From an uncultured Acidimicrobiaceae bacterium (GTDB taxonomy: Bacteria; Actinomycetota; Acidimicrobiia; Acidimicrobiales; RAAP-2), in contig CAVTHY010000003.1 in NCBI GenBank assembly GCA_963734655.1, forward strand, positions 683,492-747,491: a stretch of DNA of 64,000 nucleotides, written 5' to 3'. Made by a program: the position numbers and the translations under genes. Shown here in pieces: positions 21,639 to 32,400 of this stretch (within the stretch, counting starts at the first letter, position 1; each line of letters opens with the position of its first letter). The notes beneath the pieces were generated by a model. It was not told the DNA's origin, did not search any database, and saw only the letters and a program-made list of their open reading frames with translations.

Positions 21639-22403
21639 GTGAGCGAATTCTCGCGACTTCTCGAAGGGCAAGTTGCCATTGTGACAGGCGGTTCCAATGG
21701 ACTTGGAGCCGCCATTGTTAGCCGCTTCGCCGAAAATGGCGCACGAGGTGCGATTATTGATTGGAAAACGAGTTCTGGGCAGCGACCACCAGATTCTTGG
21801 CACGTCTTTCAGGCTGACGTCCGCGACGCCGACTCTCTTCATTCGGCCTTCGACGAAATAGTCAAGGTCTTCGAAGGAGTCGACGTTGTCGTGGCGAACG
21901 CAGGCATCGTTCCTCCGTGGACGAGCACCGCTGAGATCGATCTCGAAACGTGGGAGAACGTCTTCGCCGTCAATTCTCGCGGCGTAATGCTGACGATCCG
22001 AGAGGCAGTTCGAGTGATGAGCGAACGCGGAGGATCCGTCGTCGCCATGTCCTCGCTCAACGGCTGGCGAGGAGATCCTCACATTCCTGCCTACGTAGCG
22101 AGCAAACACGCAGTTGTAGGTCTCGTACGCTCGGTCGCCCAAGATGTGGGGCACCGGGGTATACGAGTCAACGCGGTGGGTCCCGGTCCTATCGCCACCG
22201 ATGCGCTTCTCGAACGCATGGCCGATCGTTCGAAGTCGACCGGACTCGATGTGAAGACGGCCCTTGAGCGCGCCGGAGAGACCACCGCACTCAGACGCGT
22301 TGCAACTGCCGCCGAAGTGGCGAACGCGGTACTGTTCCTGGCGAGTGACCTTTCGAGTGGTATCACGGGCCAATTCCTCCCCGTCGACGCGGGAATATTG
22401 TGA
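21639..22403 (+). CDS. SDR family oxidoreductase
   Basis: TGGSNGLG, NAG, YVASK. Confidence 0.9.
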   Translation: MSEFSRLLEGQVAIVTGGSNGLGAAIVSRFAENGARGAIIDWKTSSGQRPPDSWHVFQADVRDADSLHSAFDEIVKVFEGVDVVVANAGIVPPWTSTAEIDLETWENVFAVNSRGVMLTIREAVRVMSERGGSVVAMSSLNGWRGDPHIPAYVASKHAVVGLVRSVAQDVGHRGIRVNAVGPGPIATDALLERMADRSKSTGLDVKTALERAGETTALRRVATAAEVANAVLFLASDLSSGITGQFLPVDAGIL

Positions 22404-22448
22404 TGGTCCCTAAGAAACCCCGCAACCAACTAGAAAGGTAAGTCCGCA

Positions 22449-23213
22449 ATGATCGATCTGAGCGAGAAGACGATTCTCTTAACAGGAGCCTCCGGTGACA
22501 TTGGATCGGCAACCGCAGCGGCGCTGGGCGAAGCCGGAGCGTTCGTCATCGCTCATTACGTGAAGGATCGCGACGGTGCTGAACTGGCCACCGCGGCCAT
22601 CGAGCCAGCTCGCAAAATGCTCATTCAAGGTGACTTCGCACAACCGGGCGGGGGTAGGGACCTGTGGAACCGGGCTCTGGAGTGGCGCGGTCACATCGAC
22701 GTGCTGGTCAACAATGCCGCCATCATGCCCGAGTCGTTCGTTGACGGTGACGATGCCCAGTGGGACGACGCTTGGGCGCGCGCGCTGCAAATCAACGTGG
22801 TCGAGCCAGCGAACCTCGTGCGGGGTGCGATTCGACATTTTCTCGGACGAGGCGGTGGCATCATCATCTCGCTATCGAGTTGGTCGGCGCAACAAGGCTC
22901 AACGATTCCTCAATTGACCGCGTACGCATCGACCAAAGCGGCCATCAAGGCGCTAACCCAAACGGTGGCTCGAGCGCACGCCAAAGATAACATCCTGGCC
23001 TACGTCGTCGCGCCCGGCATCGTTGATACAACCATGTCGCAGATCTCAGCGACATCGCGGGGTGGAATGGATGCACTGAGGGCAATCCTTCCTCTAGGTG
23101 AAATGGTTCCACCTAGAGAAGTTGGCGACCTCATCGCATTCCTCAGCACCGGAATGTGTCGACACCTGACCGGGGCGACCCTCGACATCAACGGCGCCGC
23201 CTACGTGCGCTGA
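22449..23213 (+). CDS. SDR family oxidoreductase (paralog of 48271-49035)
   Basis: TGASGDIG, NNAA, YASTK. Confidence 0.9.
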   Translation: MIDLSEKTILLTGASGDIGSATAAALGEAGAFVIAHYVKDRDGAELATAAIEPARKMLIQGDFAQPGGGRDLWNRALEWRGHIDVLVNNAAIMPESFVDGDDAQWDDAWARALQINVVEPANLVRGAIRHFLGRGGGIIISLSSWSAQQGSTIPQLTAYASTKAAIKALTQTVARAHAKDNILAYVVAPGIVDTTMSQISATSRGGMDALRAILPLGEMVPPREVGDLIAFLSTGMCRHLTGATLDINGAAYVR

Positions 23214-23300
23214 CTCGAATCCGGGAAGTGAGTCATCGGATCCTCCTCGTTGGCACCTCAGACGAGAGTGAAGATGACGGCTTCACGGGTACACCACGAG

Positions 23301-23678
23301 TCACGACAGATAAATGTCGTCGCCGTCTTCAAACGCGGGAGTATTGATGACGAGGTATGTCGCGGTGCCTTCGAGGTCGTAGAAGCAATTTCGCGGAATC
23401 ACGAGGGCGTCTCCGGTGGCGACTGATATTGGATCAGCACCCTGCAGATGAAAAACCAACTGTCCAAGCACTACGAAGTACAGGCGCGTCGATCGCTGTG
23501 ACGACAACCATTGATGACGACCGTCAATGTCAACCCTGGTGATACTCATCGAGGAGGTTGCTTCGTCGAGTCGCGCGACCGGGTACACGTGCGCTGAATT
23601 GCTAGGCTCCTCAATCGCCGCGAGGCCTCCTTGGCGAATGACTCGAACTCCGGGCGGCAGACTCCCCTCACCCATCAT
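23301..23678 (-). CDS. Cupin-fold protein
   Basis: YFVVLGQL...GDALVIPRN...YLVINTPAF; ATGA overlap with LLM gene. Confidence 0.6.
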   Translation of the reverse strand: MMGEGSLPPGVRVIRQGGLAAIEEPSNSAHVYPVARLDEATSSMSITRVDIDGRHQWLSSQRSTRLYFVVLGQLVFHLQGADPISVATGDALVIPRNCFYDLEGTATYLVINTPAFEDGDDIYLS

Positions 23679-24556
23679 TTCGCCGCACTACGGAGGACGC
23701 CGTACACGTGGGGCAACGACTCGGGTTTCGTCCAATCGACGTCGACGATGATTTCGTCGACGCCGCTTTCAACCAGAAGAGGCAGGGCGCGCGTAATCGA
23801 TTCCAAGTTGGCCGCCGAGTCGACAATGCGAAGTGTTACCCACACGAGCGACGGATCTTGATGGGATAGTTCCGCCGATCGGCGCACTTGAGTCACTTCA
23901 TCGCGAAGCGTCTCGTGGTCGAGGGAGAGCGCAGATTGCTGCGCCAACCAGCCATTGGCGATGGACCCCGCGCGAGAGAACGCGGTCTTCGAATGACCGC
24001 CCACGAGCATTGGAATGTCATGTGAGGGCCGAGGCCAGCACTGCACTCCTGACGGGATCGAATAGAACTCTCCCTCAAAGGCCTCCGGGCTTCCGGTCCA
24101 ACATCGTCGTAGAACCTCAATCCACTCCACGAACCTTCGCCCACGGGTTGCGAAGGGGACGTTCAGGGCGTCGTATTCATCCCCAAGCCACCCCACACCA
24201 ACCCCTAGCGTGAGTCGTCCTCCGCTCAGAACGTCGAGGGAAGCGGCTTCTTTGGCCAGGATCACAGGGTGTCGCATCGGCAGTACGAGTACCGCCGTAC
24301 CGATGACCGCACTTTTGGTCGCCGCGGCGATCGCGGTCAGGGAGATCATCGCATCGAAGTAGGGAGTGGTCGATGGCCAATCAGGTTTTCCATCAGCGGC
24401 GAACGGGTACCACGACGTCACCACTGACGGCATCACTACGTGATCGCTCACCCACAACGACTCAAAGCCCGCCGATTCGAGGTCTCTCGCCATCGCGCCA
24501 ATTCCTCGTTGGACGGGTAATGCACCACTATTAGGGACCTTCGCGCCAATCCTCAT
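23675..24556 (-). CDS. LLM-class F420-dependent oxidoreductase (Rv2161c-like)
   Basis: SLWVSDHVV, LDVLSGGRLTLGVGVGW, VGGHS. Confidence 0.88.
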   Translation of the reverse strand: MRIGAKVPNSGALPVQRGIGAMARDLESAGFESLWVSDHVVMPSVVTSWYPFAADGKPDWPSTTPYFDAMISLTAIAAATKSAVIGTAVLVLPMRHPVILAKEAASLDVLSGGRLTLGVGVGWLGDEYDALNVPFATRGRRFVEWIEVLRRCWTGSPEAFEGEFYSIPSGVQCWPRPSHDIPMLVGGHSKTAFSRAGSIANGWLAQQSALSLDHETLRDEVTQVRRSAELSHQDPSLVWVTLRIVDSAANLESITRALPLLVESGVDEIIVDVDWTKPESLPHVYGVLRSAAK

Positions 24557-24628
24557 ATCTTCACTCTTCCCCGCTCATCCGCCCGTATCGACGATCGACA
24601 TTGTTGGTACTTCACCGCACTCGCTTCG

Positions 24629-25420
24629 TCAGGTGATGCGAGACAGGAACTGCTTGGTGCGAGCATGTTGAGGTGCCATGAGCACCTCCTTCGAGGTCCC
24701 CGTCTCCACGATGACGCCACCATCCATGAAAATCACACGGTCGCCGACGTCGCGAGCGAAACTCATCTCATGAGTTACTACCACCATGGTCATGCCATCA
24801 TTGGCGAGCAACCTCATCACTTCGAGAACTTCCCCGACGATTTCAGGATCCAGGGCCGACGTCGGCTCGTCGAACAGCATCAGTTTGGGACGCATAGCGA
24901 GGGCACGCGCAATCGCGATGCGCTGCTGTTGACCGCCCGAGAGTTGTAGGGGGTAGCAGTCCGCCTTTTGTGTGAGACCGACTCTCTCGAGAAGCTGACG
25001 CGCGTGGGTCTCCGCCTCGGCTCGCGTCTCCCTCTTGAGTTGGACTGGCGCCTCCATAATGTTCTCCAGGGCCGTCATATGTGCGAACAAATTGAAGTTC
25101 TGGAATACCATGCCCATTTCGGTCCGCTGAGCAGCCAACTCGTTTGGTTTGAGATCAACATAGCGACCGTCTTGGACCTTTCGGCCGATGAGTTCACCAT
25201 CGAGGTAGACGCAGCCAGCCCCCGGCTTCTCTAGATAGTTGATGCACCGCAACATCGTGCTCTTGCCCGAACCCGAAGGCCCTATGAGGCACACCACTTC
25301 TCCGTAGGCCACCTCGAAATTTATGTCCTTGAGCACGCTGACCGCGCCGAAATCCTTGGACACGTGCTCCACCTTCAAAATGGGCTGACCGCTCGATGAG
25401 AGTGGCGAGCGATCTAGCAT
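24629..25420 (-). CDS. Polar amino acid ABC transporter ATP-binding protein
   Basis: [31 protein letters not shown]. Confidence 0.93.
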   Translation of the reverse strand: MLDRSPLSSSGQPILKVEHVSKDFGAVSVLKDINFEVAYGEVVCLIGPSGSGKSTMLRCINYLEKPGAGCVYLDGELIGRKVQDGRYVDLKPNELAAQRTEMGMVFQNFNLFAHMTALENIMEAPVQLKRETRAEAETHARQLLERVGLTQKADCYPLQLSGGQQQRIAIARALAMRPKLMLFDEPTSALDPEIVGEVLEVMRLLANDGMTMVVVTHEMSFARDVGDRVIFMDGGVIVETGTSKEVLMAPQHARTKQFLSRIT

Positions 25421-25465
25421 GAGTGACTCCAGCGGTGAGGACGACGATCGCATCCGGGTAGAAAG

Positions 25466-26482
25466 TTACACATATTGATCCGTCGATCCAATGAGTTTTT
25501 CTTCGCGATGCGTTCTGATTAGGCGAGAGAGGACGCTCGGCACCTCCGTGCGATTCCTCCCCCGACCAAAATACTTCTCAACGAAGTGTTGGCCAATCGA
25601 AAGAATCGTGGTGACGATCAAGTACCACAGACTTGCGACGACCAAGAGGGGAATGGTTTCGAAGTTCCGGGCGTAGATCAACTGGACCGAGTACAACAAC
25701 TCGGGTAGCGAGATCACACTCACGAGGCTGGTCCCCTTGAGCATTCCTATTGTTTGATTCCCAGTGGGCGGAATGATGACGCGCATCGCCTGGGGAAGAA
25801 CGATGCGGCGAAAGATTAGCCGTTTGGGCATACCCAACGCGAGAGCCGCTTCGCCTTGACCCGGGTCGACCGAAACGATCCCGGCACGAACGATCTCCGC
25901 CATATATGCGGCTTCGTTCAAACCCAATCCCAGCACGGCCGCCACCCAGATTGAGATCAGACTATTGGTACTGGCACTAAAGAAACCTGGGCCGAAGGGG
26001 ATACCCAGTGAAAGGCGAGGAACAAACGACGCAATATTGAACCAGAAGAGCAACTGTACGAGCAGTGGGGTCCCTCGGAACAACCAGATGTAACTCGACG
26101 CAGCGCTAGAGAGTACGAGATTCTTTGAGAGGCGCATCAACGCCAGAATCGTCCCGCCGACGATGCCTATCAACATAGCGATGACAGTGAGGTACAGCGT
26201 ACGAAACAGTCCCGCGAGCACGTCGGAACTGAAGAAATATTGGCCGACCACGCCCCACTGCAGACTGCTTGATGTCACCAGCAAGTGAATCAGCATCGCG
26301 AGGAGGACGAAGACAATCGCTACCATCACCCATCGGACGGAGTGGCGAACGACCTTCTTCGCCACTCCGTCCGATGAGAATCCTTCTTGTCCTCCTTGAC
26401 CCGATGCCTTCGGTTGCGTCACCACAATTTCATCCACCTTCATGTCCTTCTTGGCACAGCTGGACGAAGAATCGGCAGCCAC
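25466..26482 (-). CDS. Polar amino acid ABC transporter permease
   Basis: FRGTPLLVQL, EAAYMAEIVRAG, EAALALG. Confidence 0.92.
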   Translation of the reverse strand: MAADSSSSCAKKDMKVDEIVVTQPKASGQGGQEGFSSDGVAKKVVRHSVRWVMVAIVFVLLAMLIHLLVTSSSLQWGVVGQYFFSSDVLAGLFRTLYLTVIAMLIGIVGGTILALMRLSKNLVLSSAASSYIWLFRGTPLLVQLLFWFNIASFVPRLSLGIPFGPGFFSASTNSLISIWVAAVLGLGLNEAAYMAEIVRAGIVSVDPGQGEAALALGMPKRLIFRRIVLPQAMRVIIPPTGNQTIGMLKGTSLVSVISLPELLYSVQLIYARNFETIPLLVVASLWYLIVTTILSIGQHFVEKYFGRGRNRTEVPSVLSRLIRTHREEKLIGSTDQYV

Positions 26483-26514
26483 CGGATCAACATTGCCTCA
26501 AACTACGAGAAGCG

Positions 26515-27462
26515 TTATTTGTAGACGCCGGCCGACTTCACGAGACCATAGGTCAAACTCCATTGCTTCATGATCTTCGCGTACGCCCCCGTCGCAATGA
26601 GGTGGTTGATCGCCTGGCCCACCAGATTGGTGATTCCCGCCTTCTTGGCGATACCGACGCCTTCAGGGGTGGGCAGGTAGTTGAGCGGCTGCAGGACGAA
26701 CTGATGGGCCGTCTGCTGGATGAGCCACGACAGCTGATCCTCAGAACTCGAATACACCTGGTCGCGGCCACTGCTCACTGCGAGCTCCGCCGCAGAGTCT
26801 GACGGGAACGAAACGACGTTGACGTTCGCTTTGCCCGCAGACTTGCACGCCGGATCAACACCCTTGAGTTGTTCGATGAAGGCCGAGCCCTCGATGACCG
26901 CAATACTCTTGCCGCAGAGGTCAGTCGCCTTGGTGATCTTGAGCGAACTGCTCTTGGGTACGGCAAATCCAGTTCCCACGTTGTAGTAGGTCACGATGTC
27001 GATCTGCTTCAATCTCGGCGCCGTTGAAATGAACGACGTGAACGACGTGTTGTAGCGACCGTTCTGGAGCCCGGGGATAAATCCATCGAATGCGCCCGAC
27101 GCGGTTGCGTGCCACGAAAGGTTCAAGGTGGCCGCGACGGCCCTACCCAGGTCGACTTCCCAGCCCACCAGTTTTCCATTGACAACCAATTCGTCCGGCG
27201 GTGCGTCGTTGTACGTGATGTCCACCAGGCCCGTGGCCTTGACCGCCGCCGGCACCGCCGACGCCAGCGCTGCATCGGCCGACACCGTGGCGCCGTCAAT
27301 CTTCACTGCCGCCGCTGGTCCCGCCGCTCCTGCGGAGGAACCCATCACAAGCCCACCTAACGCGAGAGTTGATGCAGCGACGATCAGGGTACTGGCTGAG
27401 CGAATTCTCTTCGGTCGACGTCGATTCGAAGCACCCGCTCGGTTAGCAAATTCCTTGTTCAT
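26515..27462 (-). CDS. Polar amino acid ABC substrate-binding protein
   Basis: GWEVDL, FDGFIPGLQNGRY, DLCGK; N-terminal signal peptide. Confidence 0.85.
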   Translation of the reverse strand: MNKEFANRAGASNRRRPKRIRSASTLIVAASTLALGGLVMGSSAGAAGPAAAVKIDGATVSADAALASAVPAAVKATGLVDITYNDAPPDELVVNGKLVGWEVDLGRAVAATLNLSWHATASGAFDGFIPGLQNGRYNTSFTSFISTAPRLKQIDIVTYYNVGTGFAVPKSSSLKITKATDLCGKSIAVIEGSAFIEQLKGVDPACKSAGKANVNVVSFPSDSAAELAVSSGRDQVYSSSEDQLSWLIQQTAHQFVLQPLNYLPTPEGVGIAKKAGITNLVGQAINHLIATGAYAKIMKQWSLTYGLVKSAGVYK

Positions 27463-27532
27463 TGTGATTGATACCTCCCCTTGGCCCAACTCGATTAGCG
27501 GACTGATTAGTCACCATAGCGTCTAGACATTT

Positions 27533-27566
27533 GTTCGTCAAGCAAGCAAATGTACGCTATACGTGC
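27533..27566. promoter_or_regulatory. Tandem IclR-type operator pair 2
   Basis: GTTCG-TCAAG-CAAGC (27533) and GTACG-CTATA-CGTGC (27552); an extra box ACTCG-ATTAG-CGGAC lies at 27489. Confidence 0.65.
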
Positions 27567-27587
27567 AATTGTGTCCGGATCATGCCC

Positions 27588-28832
27588 TCACAACGTTGAG
27601 AATCTGTCAATTCGAAATGGCTCGAGATCAAAGGATGGCGCTCTTTCGAGAGTCAACTCGGCGAGAATCTGACCCATGAGAGGACCCGCGGTTAGGCCCA
27701 TGTGAGGAAAGAGACCCACCAGAAAACGCGGGTCCGCGGGAAGGGATCCGAGGATGGGTCCCAAGTCGGGCGTCGCATTTCCAATCCCCGCCCACGAGCG
27801 CACGATGAGTGCCCGAGCAAGCGACGGGACGGCGTGAAGGGCGACATCGAGGTTGTCCCTGAGCGATTCAATGTTGACGAGTGGATACAGGGAAGTCTCG
27901 TCAAGTCGTGCCGGCCAGCCACCGCCGATGAGAACGCCACCCGATCGTGCTTGTTTGAGTGTCAATCGCTTCCCAGCGAAGTAGACCAAGTGTTCGATGA
28001 GGGGCACCAGCGGTTCAGTGACGCTTACTTGGACGGGTTCGGAGGTGACGGGGAGGGGGAAACCCAACATCTTCGTGTGCTGCGCCAGTCCATCACCCGA
28101 GGCCAGCACGACCTGTCGAGCCTGAACAGTGCCTCGATCCGTGACCACACGAACATGGCGTTGGTCCAATTCGAAGTGCACGACGTTCGCCCGCGTCAGA
28201 ACTTGCGCACCCCGAACGACCGCCTGACGAGTGAACGCCGGTGCGGCCAACATCGGATTGGCCTTGCCTTCAATTGGGCAATATTCAGCACCAATGATCT
28301 TCTCGGATACGTACGGGGCAAGCTCTCGCAGTTCTCCTTGGTCCAACATTCGAGAATCGATTCCCGCCGATCGTTCGACCTCGACCTTGCGTTCGACCAG
28401 ACGCATCTGATCGGCATTGTCGACGAGCAGGAGACCTCCGCGCGTCTTGACTTCTAGATCAACCCCGAGTTCGTCAGAAAGGACGGACCACAATTGGAGA
28501 GAGTCGGCTAGGAATTTCAACGCGGGAAGAAATTGAGTGGCCCACTCCTCACCCAATTCGACGAAAGGTTGGTGCTGGATTTGTCCATGGAGACTTCCCG
28601 CGTTTCTCCCCGATGCTTCGGTACCGATATCGTTGCGATCCACGATGACGACACGCACACCGGCGCGAGCTAGGTGGTATGCCGTGGCGCTGCCGGTGAT
28701 CCCGCCTCCGATCACGGCGACGTCGAAGTCGCCCAGGTGCAAAAGCTTCGACTGATCACGAACCGGAGCGTGCCGTGAGAGAGTCATCGCATCGTCGGAA
28801 GGTTCGGCAGGTGTCGAATTCGGCGTCATCAT
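27588..28832 (-). CDS. FAD-dependent D-amino acid/opine dehydrogenase catalytic subunit (DAO family, HcnC/OoxB/LhpB-like)
   Basis: GGGITG, ASGRNAG, RSWAG, TPD..PILG. Confidence 0.85.
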   Translation of the reverse strand: MMTPNSTPAEPSDDAMTLSRHAPVRDQSKLLHLGDFDVAVIGGGITGSATAYHLARAGVRVVIVDRNDIGTEASGRNAGSLHGQIQHQPFVELGEEWATQFLPALKFLADSLQLWSVLSDELGVDLEVKTRGGLLLVDNADQMRLVERKVEVERSAGIDSRMLDQGELRELAPYVSEKIIGAEYCPIEGKANPMLAAPAFTRQAVVRGAQVLTRANVVHFELDQRHVRVVTDRGTVQARQVVLASGDGLAQHTKMLGFPLPVTSEPVQVSVTEPLVPLIEHLVYFAGKRLTLKQARSGGVLIGGGWPARLDETSLYPLVNIESLRDNLDVALHAVPSLARALIVRSWAGIGNATPDLGPILGSLPADPRFLVGLFPHMGLTAGPLMGQILAELTLERAPSFDLEPFRIDRFSTL

Positions 28833-28848
28833 TGATCCACCACTTAGT

Positions 28849-28882
28849 GTACGCTACACGTGCAAATGTTCGGAGAGAGGAC
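28849..28882. promoter_or_regulatory. Tandem IclR-type operator pair 3
   Basis: GTACG-CTACA-CGTGC (28849) and GTTCG-GAGAG-AGGAC (28868) in divergent promoter. Confidence 0.65.
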
Positions 28883-28886
28883 AAAT

Positions 28887-29831
28887 ATGGATTCAGGCTT
28901 TCGTGGGAGTTACACCGTATGCGTCACGCCATTCAGTGACGACGGACTACGAATCGACGTCGAGGGCCTGAAGCAATTCCTGTCCTGGCAGATCGACCTG
29001 GGCGTCCCCGGAGTCATCATGCTCGGCACCACCGGCGAATTCCTCACCCTCAGCGAAGAAGAGCGAGCCGAAGTCGTCGCCACCACCGTGTCGCACGTCG
29101 GAGGGAGGATGAAAGTCTTGGTCGGTACGATGAACGCATCGACCCCTCGAGCCGTGCGAAATAGTCGTCAAGCGCAGGAATTCGGTGCAGACGGGCTCAT
29201 GGTCTTGCCGCCCTATTACTACACGCCGACGGACGACGAGATCTTTCGGTACTACCAAGCAATCTCCGAAGCGGTCACCATACCCATCATGTTGTACAAC
29301 AATCCGGTCACTTCCAACGTTGACATGTCGGCGGCCCTCGTCGCACGCTTGACCAAAGCCTTCGAAAACGTGCGATATATCAAGGAGTCCAGCCAAGACA
29401 TCGCCAGGGTGCGAGACGTCATCGAAGCCACGGACGGGGTGATGAACGTCTACGCCGGCGAGCGCGTGGTCGACTCGTTCTTACTGGGCGCGGTCGGCTA
29501 CGTCAATCCCTACGGCAATTACGTGCCTCGAGCATCGAGTCGAATCTGGAACCTCCTAACCGATGGGCGCATTGACGACGCCCGAAGGATTCAGCGACTA
29601 ATTGACGCCATGGACCACATCATCGCCGAGGGTCACCCTACCTATGGTCACCAGTGTTACTCGAAGAGACTCGCGGCGCACGCGGGTTACCCCGTTGGTG
29701 ACGTGCGTCCGCCCCTCACCACGTTCCCCCAACTCGGCGAAGAAGGAGAGCGGCGTCTGTCGTTGCTCTCAGAGATCATGGGCCGGATGGACGGATTAAT
29801 GGACGAACTTGAGGCGCCCGTTTCTCAGTGA
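28887..29831 (+). CDS. DHDPS/NAL-family lyase
   Basis: TPF, GTTGE, PPYY, LYNNP, YIKES (Schiff-base Lys). Confidence 0.88.
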   Translation: MDSGFRGSYTVCVTPFSDDGLRIDVEGLKQFLSWQIDLGVPGVIMLGTTGEFLTLSEEERAEVVATTVSHVGGRMKVLVGTMNASTPRAVRNSRQAQEFGADGLMVLPPYYYTPTDDEIFRYYQAISEAVTIPIMLYNNPVTSNVDMSAALVARLTKAFENVRYIKESSQDIARVRDVIEATDGVMNVYAGERVVDSFLLGAVGYVNPYGNYVPRASSRIWNLLTDGRIDDARRIQRLIDAMDHIIAEGHPTYGHQCYSKRLAAHAGYPVGDVRPPLTTFPQLGEEGERRLSLLSEIMGRMDGLMDELEAPVSQ

Positions 29832-29870
29832 TCGCCAACGGCGATTGAACTTCAGTGGGCCTCTCGACGA

Positions 29871-30350
29871 TCAATCACTTTCAGGGGGCCCGAATCTCAC
29901 GAACGGGTTGATGCCTACGTCAAAGCCGGCGTCATTTCCCGTGAGTTCTTGACGACGCTGCGCGATGCGCCACTGTTCGCCCTCACGCACCACCCGATCT
30001 CGATACTGACCCATCATCGTCGCCGTGGAACCATCGGGCCGCTCGTGCCACGCGAAGACGTAGCTGACAACATTCGCCCCTAGATTGTCACTATCGAGCG
30101 AGACCATCACATTGGACAAATGATGCGAGGTCCGCTTCCAGCGCCACATCCGTTCGAGGTCTTGGCGCAGCTGTCTCGATCCAGTGCTGTGCATTCGCTC
30201 CTCGGGACCGTAGTCGACCTGACAGTCGTCGGTGAACAGGGCGCCCAAGGCGTCGAGATCCATGCGGTCCAGGTACGCGCAGTACGCGAAGAGCAGTTCG
30301 CTGATCGCTTGCTTGTGTCGCACTTGGTCGACGTAGTCTTCACTATCCAC
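29871..30350 (-). CDS. SnoaL/NTF2-like protein
   Basis: ISELLFAYC..LD, LFTDD, TSHHLSN, GQYRD...WRIAQR. Confidence 0.8.
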   Translation of the reverse strand: MDSEDYVDQVRHKQAISELLFAYCAYLDRMDLDALGALFTDDCQVDYGPEERMHSTGSRQLRQDLERMWRWKRTSHHLSNVMVSLDSDNLGANVVSYVFAWHERPDGSTATMMGQYRDRVVREGEQWRIAQRRQELTGNDAGFDVGINPFVRFGPPESD

Positions 30351-30511
30351 GCCAACCTTCTTTCTGTATCGTCGCCGATGACTTCGTATCCGCGTCAGTC
30401 ACTCGCGACTCCTTCATCTGGTACCTGTCGACTCGTTGAAGATGATCTGCATCAAGGATTTCCTTTACTGGGGCGAATCAAGTGAGCGGCCTTGATATCA
30501 TGATGCCAAAA

Positions 30512-30545
30512 GTCCGTTAGTCGAGCAAATGTGCGTATAACGAGC
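30512..30545. promoter_or_regulatory. Tandem IclR-type operator pair 4
   Basis: GTCCG-TTAGT-CGAGC (30512) and GTGCG-TATAA-CGAGC (30531) in divergent promoter. Confidence 0.7.
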
Positions 30546-30660
30546 ATACGGGAGATGCGAACGATATGACATCGCTAGGAATTGGAGTCAACGCGCAACG
30601 GCCGCGTACGTTCCATCGCACCGCCGCCACTGCAGAAGGCGACACCAGGGACGACGTACC

Positions 30661-32400
30661 GTGCGAGTGACGAAGCCGGGCATTGTCTCGGAGCCAACCA
30701 ATATTTCCATCAACTTCGAGGGACTCCCGGTTCCAGCACGTGCCGGCGAGAGTGTTGCGGCCGCGCTCGTGAACTCTGGCCACCTCGGCTTTCGTACGAC
30801 GAGGGCGGGGGCCGAGCGCGGCATCTTCTGCGGCATGGGCGTATGCAGTGAATGCGCCCTCACCATCGATGGCGAGCCGGGCCGCCTCGGCTGCATGACC
30901 AAGGTCTCCGACGGAATGCTGGTCGAGAAGAACCCGCCGATGCGTCGTCTCGACGATGCGACGGCGGTATCACTCGAGGACGAGTTCATCGATTGCGAGA
31001 TCCTCGTCATCGGGGCCGGGCCCGCGGGCCTGCAGGCCGCACTCAGCGCTGCGGAGTGCGGCGCCCGGGTGGTTGTACTCGACGAGCGCGCCGCGCCAGG
31101 CGGTCAGTACTTCAAGCAACCCAACTCACAGTTCGGAGTTGATGAAGACGGACTCGATCATCAATATCAACAGGGGCGCGAGTTGGTGCGCGCCCTCGAC
31201 GCTGCCGGTGTGGAGATTCGCCAAGAGACGCGAGTTTGGGGAGTGTCTCAAGACGGTGCGATCTATGCAGCATCGTCGACGGGTCGCCTCGTACTCAAGT
31301 GGCACGCTCTGATCCTCGCGTCGGGGGCGTACGAGCGTGGCGTGCCGTTTCCCGGCTGGACGCTGCCCGGCGTCATGACGACGGGTGCCGCCCAGACTCT
31401 CTTACGTTCCTATCTCGTCGCCGCGGGAAGAAGGGTCCTCGTTTCGGGCAACGGTCCCCTCAACCTTCAAGTCGCGGCGGAACTAACGCGCGCGGGCGTC
31501 GACGTCGCGGGCGTAGCCGAAGCGGCGGCGTTGTGGCGTCCTTCTAACGTCGCCCATATGGCCCAGATGATGCTGATGGCACCCGCCTACGGCCGTGAGG
31601 GGTTGTCCTACGTCACCGATCTCCTCAAGGCGAGAGTCCCGATAATGGCTCGATCGGTCATCGTCGAAGCCCAAGGTGACGGACGTGTCGAGTCCGCGGT
31701 CGTAGCAAAGATCGATGAGACCGGTCGTCCTATTTCCGGCACGCACAAGACCTTCGACGTTGATTCGATCTGTTTGGGATTCGGATTCGTGGCTTCCAGT
31801 GAACTGGCGAGATCTCTGGGGTGCGCTCACCACGTCGATGCATCGAGCGGCTCCGTGGTCGTCGACCGCGACCGGGTCGGACGCACGTCGGTGGTCGGGG
31901 TGTGGGTCGTGGGCGACGGAGGGAGCGTGAAGGGGGCGCAGGTCGCCCAATCGATGGGCAAACTCGCTGGCGCCGACGCCGCGCGGCACGTCGGAGCCGC
32001 CGAAGGGACTCGTGATCACGACCAGACCGCGACGACTGTTCGGATTCTCTCTCGCCAGGAGAGGTTCCAGCGATCCCTCTGGCAACAGTTCAGGGCCCCT
32101 CGTCTGGTCGGGCAGTTGGCGACGCCGGACACGATCATCTGTCGATGCGAAGAGGTGACCCTCGGTGAGATCGACGCAGCACTTGAGTCGTGGTTGGGTA
32201 GCGCCGGTTCCGTCAAGCGCGTCACGAGAGCGGGAATGGGCAAATGCCAAGGCCGATACTGCTCGCCGGTTCTTACCGAATTGGCCTCACGTGCGGCGGG
32301 TGACAGGGTGGACGTCCTCTCGGGCTTCATCCCTCAGGCGCCCTTCCTGCCCACCTGTGTGACGGCGCTAGCGAAAGGTTCGTCCCTGTCACAGGATTGA
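30661..32400 (+). CDS. Fused [2Fe-2S] + FAD/NAD(P) oxidoreductase + BFD-like subunit (HcnA-HcnB / OoxA / LhpEF-like)
   Basis: GIFCGMGVCSEC...C, GAGPAG, PGWTLPGV, CRCE...GMGKCQGRYC. Confidence 0.87.
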   Translation: MRVTKPGIVSEPTNISINFEGLPVPARAGESVAAALVNSGHLGFRTTRAGAERGIFCGMGVCSECALTIDGEPGRLGCMTKVSDGMLVEKNPPMRRLDDATAVSLEDEFIDCEILVIGAGPAGLQAALSAAECGARVVVLDERAAPGGQYFKQPNSQFGVDEDGLDHQYQQGRELVRALDAAGVEIRQETRVWGVSQDGAIYAASSTGRLVLKWHALILASGAYERGVPFPGWTLPGVMTTGAAQTLLRSYLVAAGRRVLVSGNGPLNLQVAAELTRAGVDVAGVAEAAALWRPSNVAHMAQMMLMAPAYGREGLSYVTDLLKARVPIMARSVIVEAQGDGRVESAVVAKIDETGRPISGTHKTFDVDSICLGFGFVASSELARSLGCAHHVDASSGSVVVDRDRVGRTSVVGVWVVGDGGSVKGAQVAQSMGKLAGADAARHVGAAEGTRDHDQTATTVRILSRQERFQRSLWQQFRAPRLVGQLATPDTIICRCEEVTLGEIDAALESWLGSAGSVKRVTRAGMGKCQGRYCSPVLTELASRAAGDRVDVLSGFIPQAPFLPTCVTALAKGSSLSQD

